Shown: positions 56,209 to 64,000 of the stretch, in pieces
How positions within the stretch are numbered: position 1 is the stretch's first letter
Layout: each line of letters starts with the position of its first letter
Virus record (IMG/VR): IMGVR_UViG_3300005537_000001
Span: 186,001 to 250,000 of that record
Reading direction: 5' to 3' (one strand)
Length of the DNA: 64,000 nt
Notes under the pieces: generated by a model
What the model saw: the letters and a program-made list of their open reading frames with translations, nothing else
Databases searched by the model: none
What the model was told of the DNA's origin: nothing
Translations under genes and position numbers: made by a program

Positions 56209-57314
56209 CGTCCTCGTCTCCGTGCTGGTGTTTCAACGTGGTCCATGCGGCTAGAGTACCTCGCTAGGTCGTCCCTCCGCTTCACTATCTCGGCGGGTCG
56301 CCGCTTTGCCCAGCTGTTCAAATTTGCTCGACACCTTTGACACGTGTCGAGCTTGCTCCGTGGGCTCAGCTCATCTCCGCAGTTCTTGATGACGCATCGT
56401 CTTACTGTCATGCGAATTATCCTGTTTGTTTGGGTTTTACTTCTTCAATCGTCAGCGCCGCGTCCAACTCCTGTCTCGGCAGCGTTCGACTCCAGAGCTC
56501 CGCCAGAAGTTCAGCGTGCCTCGCGGTCCGCCGCTTTATCTCTTCTGTTTCAAGCCGGAGATCTAGAATGAGCTCCTCCATCGTCATATCCTCAAGCTTA
56601 ACCATCTGCTCCCCTCCCCTTCGCGCCTTAGCGCTTGAACAAACCCCTGAAGCGCTGAATCATGGATTCAGACGCGTCTAGGTGTTCCTTAACCTCCATC
56701 TCGGATGGTTTAGGCTCTACAAGCTCAGCCGGCGGTTGGACTATGTCGGTCACCTTGATCTTCGTAGACGTATCTCCGCTCTTCTGATCTCCGCGCAGCT
56801 TGCGATCGATCCACTCAAAGTAGTTCATCCCGCGACCTCCCTATCGCTATCTTCATCGTTGCGCCGGAGCAGCTCCTCCATTTCCTCCGCCGTAACTATC
56901 ATCGCGCTTATCGAACTTTTGAAGCTGTCCAGCTGCTGCAGGCACTCCTGTACCGACTGTCGAAGGGCCTGAACCTCATACCACTTAGTCGCGGCGGGAT
57001 GTTCGGCAACCATCCGATTTATTAGCTTCTGGCAAGCTATGGTCATCTTTAGCACTTTCTCTTGTAGCATCTGTCGCTCCCTAATTTTGTGGGCGCTCTG
57101 GATCCTTCGAGGCGTTTCTAACGCCGGCAAAAAAACCAGAGATGTAAACCGTCAGCAGCAGCTCCTTCAGCAGCAGCTCCCTTTCAGGAACATCTTGACA
57201 GAAGAAACCAACCACCTCTGCCTTTTCCTTCATTATCGAATCGACGTGAAGAGATACTTCCTGGGTTTTCTCCTCTGGCGCCAACCGAATGGTATCTTCA
57301 GTCTGTATGATCAT
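56205..57314 (-). other. run of small CDS (56205-56411, 56417-56605, 56628-56828, 56825-57070, 57081-57314)
   Basis: RBS-led minus-strand ORFs. Confidence 0.6.
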
Positions 57315-57400
57315 GTGCTCACCCCAGCACCGAGGCAAGGTTGAAGCTGAAAAATTTCTTCATTGAAACTCCTAGTTGTTAAAGAACGTGAAACGTTCTA

Positions 57401-57429
57401 ATTATAACATGAACCTGGGCCAGGTTACA
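57401..57429 (-). promoter_or_regulatory. early promoter driving the leftward block
   Basis: TGTAAC-N17-TATAAT with TG extension on the minus strand. Confidence 0.75.
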
Positions 57430-57478
57430 TAGGAGGGAAAGTGCAGGTTGGAGGGTGGGATAATTGCCGGTTAGCGTG

Positions 57479-57484
57479 TAAATA
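57479..57484 (+). promoter_or_regulatory. late promoter TAAATA
   Basis: 29 nt before ATG 57514. Confidence 0.6.
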
Positions 57485-57513
57485 GTTGAACGCACGTTAG
57501 CTGGAAGTGAAAA

Positions 57514-57783
57514 ATGCTACTCAAAGATTTGCTTGTGTACGAAGAAACAAAGTCAGCTGCCGTCCACCCGCACACGGAAACTCTCTCCAAGCTAATTCAC
57601 GACATTCGAAATCCGCTCGGCGCGATCTTAACGACGAACCGGATGCTAGCTTCTGGTGTGTCTGACGAAAGTCTTTTCAAGTTTATTGAGCTACAGGATG
57701 TAGCGTGCCGGGAGATAAAAGAGCTGCTGCGGGTCGCGGCTGAAACCTTACCAGCTAAAGCTAATTGGCTGAAGAAAACCTAA
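57514..57783 (+). CDS. stand-alone histidine kinase dimerisation/phosphoacceptor (HisKA/DHp)-like protein
   Basis: LSKLIHDIRNPLGAI H-box, second helix, no ATPase domain. Confidence 0.75.
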   Translation: MLLKDLLVYEETKSAAVHPHTETLSKLIHDIRNPLGAILTTNRMLASGVSDESLFKFIELQDVACREIKELLRVAAETLPAKANWLKKT

Positions 57784-57796
57784 GCTGGAGCGTCAC

Positions 57797-58363
57797 GTGA
57801 ATTTACATCAACTTCTAGAAGCAGCAGCTCCAACATTTGATAATTTGACAGGTAAAGACATTGGGCTTCATCCACACATATTTGGGGCTCCATTCGTGGC
57901 TGTCAGGTGGAAGATAGGTGGAAATAATGGGCAAGCCCTCGTGGATTTCCCGGCTGGTAAGCCGCCCATCGTATCAACGCGCGGCGAAGATACAGAGCGA
58001 GCATTCATAGCAGCAAATAAAAGCCTACTGATAGATTTTGCAAGTAACCTACTGCTGCAGGCGGTCGCGCTAGGTACTGATTTCACAGGTGCCCGCGATC
58101 GCCCATCGAAATATAAACCGGTATCAAGTCAGGCCTTGGCGCGCGGAATTTTATCGTGGTACAAAACAGTTAACCATAAAATGATGACCAATCTGCTTGC
58201 GACAGTTAAGGCGGTGGGTGGTCATCTACCAGCTGACGTTGTAGCCGCTGTGGGAAAGAGCATTGGCGTTACTCGTGTCGTGGAGCTTAAAAAGCGAATC
58301 GCGTCAACTAAAGCTAGTCTTGCTAAAATGGAAGCCGAACTAGCGGAGCTGGAAGCAAAATAG
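57797..58363 (+). CDS. late hypothetical protein with shared helical module and coiled-coil tail
   Basis: MNLHQLLEAA; KAVGGHLPADVVAAVGKS. Confidence 0.7.
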   Translation: MNLHQLLEAAAPTFDNLTGKDIGLHPHIFGAPFVAVRWKIGGNNGQALVDFPAGKPPIVSTRGEDTERAFIAANKSLLIDFASNLLLQAVALGTDFTGARDRPSKYKPVSSQALARGILSWYKTVNHKMMTNLLATVKAVGGHLPADVVAAVGKSIGVTRVVELKKRIASTKASLAKMEAELAELEAK

Positions 58364-58441
58364 CGTCGACGTTATAGCCTAGCTCTAATTTGTTCGAGCA
58401 GTGATTGTATCGTTTTGAGCAGCTCAATTATCTGCTGTGTT

Positions 58442-59549
58442 TCAGTCACGTGATTCTCCAAGCTTTGAGTTGTGCAGCTCTACGATGTGGTGAGCTATCT
58501 TTTGTCCAACGTTAAAGGCAACACCTTCTTGATTCTTGTACTCGACCCCAAAATCAGATCTACCTGGCTTTACCACAGCTGAGAAGATGCTGCCACCTCG
58601 AGCAACCCATTTCTCCTTGAGCAGATCGCTCATTTACCAATTCCAAGCTGATCACCGCAGCGGCAGTCGCTGAAAAATCCGCACTTGATGATGCAGATAC
58701 CGCGTGAGTCGTATTGCGGTAAGGTCGAAACCAACCACGTGGTGCTGCCGCATTCTGGACAGCTATCGGCGTCTTTCGTCCAAAGATGTCCGCACTTAAC
58801 GCACTGATTTTGCTTAATTGTCATTATGCATGCGCCACATCTTCACAAGCCCATCGATCTGGTCTTGTATTCGCTTGACGCAGAGGAGCTTCGCGTTTTT
58901 GTAGTGAGAGTTACCATTTACGAATCGCGGGATCCAAAAGTGGTGTTCATCCTCCCACACATACGCTAGCGACCACTCACCCTCTACTACGCTGTAATTT
59001 TCTTCAGTCGATTTAAGAGGATACGTGAACGTAAGTGGCTCGTTCAAAAATGCCATCATGATTTCGAATTGAACGAAGTGACCACCGCTACCCATGCGAT
59101 CAACAAAGTAGGCATCGCTTATCGCGAGAATGTGATCGAGGTCGATGTAGCGACCTATTAAATCTGAATGGTAGACTCTCATGCTTCTTTGTCCTTGTGC
59201 CAATTGCTCTCACGACACAATGGGCACTGAATGAATGGTGGATTCTGCAGTGGGAGTACTAGGTCGCTGTAGTTGTACGTGAAGATGCTCTTGCATCGCC
59301 CGCACTTCATCTTGTACAGCGTAGGAGGCCCGAGATTATCCTTAATGATGGTTACTGTCATTTTGCTGCTTTTCCTGTTCTACCATCAACGTCGCACCAG
59401 GGACAAATGTGCAGAGCGCCACGATCAGCTGTATCCTTACTCATCCCCCACTCACTTTGTAACTTTTCAGACCAAGCGTCCTTGAGAATTTGGATCAAGT
59501 GACCATATCCGATTCTATCCGCCAACTCGATGACTTGAGCTTCATTCAT
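58442..59549 (-). other. run of small CDS (58442-58633, 58630-58824 Zn ribbon, 58814-59182, 59179-59361 Zn ribbon, 59358-59549)
   Basis: ATGA-coupled minus-strand ORFs. Confidence 0.6.
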
Positions 59550-60010
59550 ACCGGTTGCACCAACCAATGTCGGCGGTCTTGAACGACGTCACGCTTAGCT
59601 TTCAAAAAGACATACGCTGCGTCCAAATCTGGTTGTAAACCATTCTTGACCATCCACGTGGCTAGAGTGAGCGGGCTGCGCTCAACTCCACCAAGACAGT
59701 GAATCAAGAGTGGTCTGTAGCTGTCGTAGTAATCATCAAGAAGCAGGTGGGCAACTGCCAGCTTGCCTGGGTCAACAAGCCGCTTGCGCTGAATACGATT
59801 TATTTCTTCCTCAGCTCCCTGCGTCGCGAAGTAATCTCCAATGACCAGTGGTACTTCCGGCTCTACGTTAAGGATAGGAACGTGGAATGTCGGCGTGTAG
59901 CCAGGAACTATATCCTCATGGACATAGAGGGTGTCCATCTTTGTCTGCTCACCAGCGAAGGTAGCATCCTTGATGTTGCCAAGGTAGATGCTGCGGATTA
60001 TGTTGTTCAC
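59546..60010 (-). CDS. dual-specificity/tyrosine protein phosphatase
   Basis: CX5R loop LIHCLGGVERS; IYLGN. Confidence 0.85.
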   Translation of the reverse strand: MNNIIRSIYLGNIKDATFAGEQTKMDTLYVHEDIVPGYTPTFHVPILNVEPEVPLVIGDYFATQGAEEEINRIQRKRLVDPGKLAVAHLLLDDYYDSYRPLLIHCLGGVERSPLTLATWMVKNGLQPDLDAAYVFLKAKRDVVQDRRHWLVQPV

Positions 60011-60468
60011 GTGTTGACGCTTGCTTTAATTTGGGAAAAGTTATCTACCCGCTCCACCCAACCAGTGCCTTCACACGTCTCGCATCTTATCCGCGGCCAA
60101 ATCAACGTATCAAACGTATCTTGCTTGCCTATTTCTCGTAGATTATCATGTGTGCCAAAATTTTCGAAACAACCAAAAACAGTCCTCCAGGCCGGAGGTC
60201 TCTGAAGTTTATCGAACAGTTCAAGCGTAACAAAACGTTTTCTGATGGTTCCCAGATTACCGCATGTTGTACAAATAATTTTCATTTACTTGCTCACCTT
60301 TTCTTCAATGCATATCCATGACCCTGGAGCTACAGCTTGAATAGCTTGATACTTCATGCCGCCCCACCTGTACAGCACCAACGTTCCTTCATCTTCGATT
60401 GTAAAGCGATCAGCTTTTACATCGATACCGCTCGTATTCCAAGTGGTCCACATGGTGAATGTTTTCAT
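60007..60468 (-). other. two small CDS (60007-60285 with CxxC pairs; 60286-60468)
   Basis: Coupled ORFs. Confidence 0.55.
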
Positions 60469-60803
60469 GAGTATCCTTTACAGCTTCGTGAGCGCGATGA
60501 TCGCGAGGAGCCCAATGAGAAACTTCAGCTTGAAAATTTGAATGTCAGCGTACTCATTCATCGCCGCTCGCCGAACGTGCTCAGGTTGAATAGCTTCTGT
60601 TCTGTCCGAAGGGGAGATAGGACCCATGATTCTCTTGAAATATTCCATGCGCGCTCCAGGGGTGAGGATTCATCTTAACACGTTGAGAATGGGATGTATA
60701 CGGATATTTGGGCGGACTCAGGTGTTCATCTGATCCTCGCCGTGATAAAATCTCATTCTATCCTAGATTGCGATCAAAGTAAATAATTCAGATACGTGTC
60801 AGC

Positions 60804-61064
60804 TTGGATGCAAATTTGTTCAGCGGAATCATCTCAAGTCTTCTCTCAATCAGCGCCAAATCCCTCAAAGATGATCTGAAAAAGGTTGAGGCAACATGGG
60901 CGCCGGCAAAGCGAAATCTTATCGTCGCCCACGATCAGAAGGACACGCTGCAGGTATACGCCGACATAGAATACAAAGCTTACGTTCCCAAAAAGTACAA
61001 CGCTTGGAACGTCACCTTCACCCAGTGGGGTAGCGACACCCACGTAGTAGAGTTTAGCATATGA
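60804..61064 (+). CDS. hypothetical protein, paralog of 62222
   Basis: TAAATA at 60780-60785; KAYVPKKY motif. Confidence 0.55.
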   Translation: MDANLFSGIISSLLSISAKSLKDDLKKVEATWAPAKRNLIVAHDQKDTLQVYADIEYKAYVPKKYNAWNVTFTQWGSDTHVVEFSI

Positions 61065-62222
61065 AAGCAAACCACGAATATGAAGCTGGTGAATATGAAT
61101 TTCACGAGTGGATGAAGAAATATTGGACCGGCGTTCCGCGAGTTTGGCTTTCACAGGCGGCAGAATATTTTGACACCGGCGTTCAAATCGGCTGGGAAAT
61201 CTGGCAGCGCTTCTTTCCCAAGGATGAACCAGACGTAAAGGTTTGGAACATGTTCCGCGGCGCTCGATATCGCGATGGCAAGCTTATCGAAAGCTACGAT
61301 CATGGCGCCCTTAGCTCAACGCCACCAGCGATGGTGGAATACGCTGACTACGCCGCGCTGTGGGAAAGTCACCGCAAGCTTAAGCAGCTCTACGGTGAGC
61401 TTGAGGATCAAGTTTTCGGAGGAGATAGAACATGAGCGATCCTGGATATTTCGTCAAGAAAGAGGGACTGTGGGAGTACAGCGTGAAGCGACTCTCTTCA
61501 GAATCCCGCGAAGAAGCTATCGAGCAGCTCAGGGCTATACCTATTTCAGATGATCTTAAGAGGTTCATGCAGCTATGACCGGAGATTACCCGCCAACGCC
61601 TGAATTTGGAGCATTTCCACCAGAACCCGGCGTGCTTTTCGTAAATCAAAATAACGTATTAAGCTTCAACATGGGAGCCCCTGGAGCAACGCTGACACTC
61701 CATCCATCACCCAGCGAACTCGTGTTAACCATCAGCGGCATCGATGGGGATATCGCTACGATAGGTCAGGATGGCACCGTTAAGCTTACCAAGGAAGGAT
61801 CAGCTCCTGAAGCTGCTCAGGCTTTTTGGCAGTGTATTAGCCTATGCTATCAGGGTATAATGGCTGAACGTGATGCTCTTAAGCTTCAGGTTGAAGATCT
61901 TCTCGAAGAAATTCAGTCGTTGGAAGAAGAGTATAACGATATGAAATCCGATTTTTGGGATTTTCCGTAACCACAACTTAAGGAACTTTACATGACTGAA
62001 GTAACCGCGGTAGCTCCTCCCATCTCAAAGGCCAAGGCGCGGGAAGCTGCCTTCGCAAATCTCAGTCACGATGAACTGTTGGCCCTCGTGGTACAGCAAT
62101 CACGCTTCCTCGCCGAAGCAAAATCACTCCTTCGAATTGCCGCCAAGACGTTTCGCTGGGTGAACAAGCCAACCGACGCGCAAGTCATCGACGATTTTTT
62201 GCGCCGCGTCAAGGGTGACTAG
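61061..62222 (+). other. hypothetical CDS (61061-61435, 61575-61970, 61992-62222)
   Basis: Plus-strand ORFs. Confidence 0.6.
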
Positions 62223-62437
62223 TGCAAGAGGCATGTGAGAAGCTTCGCGAGGAGCTTAGAAAGGTAAGCCCGAAGATCTACGTATCCCACGATAACGTAA
62301 GCATCATAGAGGTGCACGGTGATCCAAGCATCAAGGCCTACGTACCCAAGAAGTATGATGGCTTTGACGTTCAATTCAGCGTTTGGGATGGTCAAGAAAT
62401 TATTCTTGATATCGACGAAATAATTGTCAGCGGTTAG
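62222..62437 (+). CDS. hypothetical protein, paralog of 60804
   Basis: KAYVPKKYDGFDV. Confidence 0.6.
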   Translation: MQEACEKLREELRKVSPKIYVSHDNVSIIEVHGDPSIKAYVPKKYDGFDVQFSVWDGQEIILDIDEIIVSG

Positions 62438-62535
62438 TCGGCGCGCTTCAGCACACCGGGGCATAGATGGATGCAAAACGGTTCGAATCCTAAATACGGC
62501 CGAGGAGCGCGTTGACACTTTGAAGGAAAATAACA

Positions 62536-63462
62536 ATGGAAAGAGCTTATCTTGATCTCCTGAGTGAGGTTCTGCGGGATGGTGAAGATCGAATGGATCG
62601 TACCGGCGTGGGTACAAAATCCGTATTCGGTCGTCAGCTGCGCTGCAACCTAAAGAATAATTTCCCACTCATCACCACCAAGCGAATCCCATGGAGACCA
62701 GTTCTTGGTGAGCTGCTTTGGTTCATAGAGGGATCTGGAGATGAGCGGCGACTTGCCGAAATTACCTACGGAACTAGAGATCCAGAACAAAAAACTATCT
62801 GGTCTCCAAATGCCGAGTACACCACGGGATCCAAATTCAAGCCGGAGTTCACTGGTGACCTCGGGCGAGTCTACGGTGTGCAGTGGCGGACTTGGCAGCA
62901 TCACGTTGTGCGCCACGCTGGGACATCGGTAAATCACCCAGATGGTGGAGAAACTTTCTACAGCGCAAGCGTTCTCCGTCAGGAAATTGATCAGCTTGCT
63001 AACATCATCAACAAGATCAAGACGAACCCAGCTGATCGTAGGATGGTGCTGACGGCGTTCAACGTTGGTGAGATGGATCAAATGGCCCTGCCACCTTGCC
63101 ACATGTTTTCCCAATTTCACGTTAACGAAATGAAGAAGGAGCTGGACTGCCTTGTCTACATTCGAAGCAATGACTTATTCCTTGGGACGCCGTTTAACAT
63201 CGCGTCATACGCGATACTAACGTACGCGATCGCGCACGTTACAGGGTACACTCCGGGTGATCTCATCGTTACGATAGGCGACGCGCACATCTATCGCAAC
63301 CATCTAGATCAAGTTAAGGAGCAGCTCGCGCGAGAGCCACTCCCTCATCCATATTTGGTTTTAAACCCAGAAGTTACCGATATCGACAAGTTTACCATGG
63401 ATGATTTTCGATTGGTTAACTACAAATCGCATGAGGCGATAAAGGCGCCGATGGCTGTGTAG
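62536..63462 (+). CDS. thyA: thymidylate synthase
   Basis: DRTGVGT, FPLITTK, ELLWFI, GRVYGVQWR, MALPPCH, RSNDLFLGTPFNIASY, GDAHIY. Confidence 0.97.
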   Translation: MERAYLDLLSEVLRDGEDRMDRTGVGTKSVFGRQLRCNLKNNFPLITTKRIPWRPVLGELLWFIEGSGDERRLAEITYGTRDPEQKTIWSPNAEYTTGSKFKPEFTGDLGRVYGVQWRTWQHHVVRHAGTSVNHPDGGETFYSASVLRQEIDQLANIINKIKTNPADRRMVLTAFNVGEMDQMALPPCHMFSQFHVNEMKKELDCLVYIRSNDLFLGTPFNIASYAILTYAIAHVTGYTPGDLIVTIGDAHIYRNHLDQVKEQLAREPLPHPYLVLNPEVTDIDKFTMDDFRLVNYKSHEAIKAPMAV

Positions 63463-63623
63463 CATGGATAAGCGGTTATTAGAAATTTTAATTCTTGCTG
63501 AAGAGCAGGTTTTTCTACGCACGCAAGAATATCCATTTCAAGATCAATCTGAGCGTAGTCACTGTTGGAATACTCTCAAAAAAATTCAAGATGCGATACG
63601 CGTAGAAACTACAGGGGATAAAG

Positions 63624-63890
63624 ATGACAATGTCAAATAGGGGGCTCACCAAGCTTATCGAAGAGTGTGGTGAGCTTGCGCAGATTGCCGCTAAGAAGAT
63701 AGCCTATCCCGATACCGACGTGCATCCGGATGGTAAAGGTTCTTTGATTGGTCGACTTGAAGATGAAGTTGCAGACGTCATGGCCGCGATAGCGTTTGTA
63801 GCTGAGAAATTGGGACTTGATGAAGCAAGAATGTTCGCTCGCGGTGATGCAAAGCGCAAGCAATATCAAGAATGGGATACGGAAAAATGA
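63624..63890 (+). CDS. MazG-like NTP pyrophosphohydrolase
   Basis: KLIEECGELAQ...K...LEDEVADV. Confidence 0.8.
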   Translation: MTMSNRGLTKLIEECGELAQIAAKKIAYPDTDVHPDGKGSLIGRLEDEVADVMAAIAFVAEKLGLDEARMFARGDAKRKQYQEWDTEK

Positions 63891-64000
63891 AAATAGTAGT
63901 CGAAGATCCTATATCAGGGCAACCTCTCATAACATCTGGCTACATGCAGGTCAGACCAGAACCATTAACAGTAGCGGAACTTCGAAATACAGTGCGTTTG

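Noticed and set aside
62437-62516. tRNA gene (GGTTCGAATCC)
   Set aside because: No anticodon arm, no 7-bp acceptor stem or CCA, and a 2-bp T-stem.
1-64000. Prophage or integrative element, or alternative genetic code
   Set aside because: No integrase, att site or host genes; conserved genes (ThyA, Topo II) read through intact in code 11 and end at ordinary stops.

Overview
The window is a gene-dense segment of a large lytic dsDNA phage of the T4-like superfamily, probably a jumbo myovirus of a Gram-negative host (inference). Evidence is the T4-type topoisomerase II subunits, a gp30.3/NADAR gene, TAAATA late promoters and early promoters of the form TGTAC/TTTAC-N17-TAnAAT. No tRNA, rRNA, CRISPR array, integrase or major structural gene was recognised. 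Recognisable genes cover nucleotide metabolism (Gmk-like, two MazG-like NTP-PPases, ThyA), DNA repair and topology (Fpg/Nei, minimal ligase, Topo II, thioredoxin), free-standing GIY-YIG/HNH nucleases, host-takeover enzymes (HD, NADAR, ADP-ribosylglycohydrolase, SLOG, Smr, DnaJ, dual-specificity phosphatase, ACP fusion) and many small hypothetical ORFs. Five things stand out. (1) An early operon at 24.5-31.1 kb encodes a coiled-coil protein, a membrane-anchored PspA-like protein, a substrate-binding/OmpA fusion, an ABC permease and ATPase, a NadR-like kinase and a heme-oxygenase-like diiron enzyme. (2) About 13 putative late genes have capsid-targeting-like N-termini, and about 9 ORFs share an unnamed ~50-aa helical module ending in G-x-x-[WYL]-P-E-[LF]-x-x-I-x-x-S. 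(3) One of these cargo-like genes is a stand-alone histidine-kinase DHp domain. (4) A non-coding region at 50.6-51 kb holds palindromic direct repeats and 31-bp-periodic iteron-like boxes. (5) An 11-bp ATTTAACATAA box recurs beside early promoters. All family calls come from reading motifs by eye, not from database searches.
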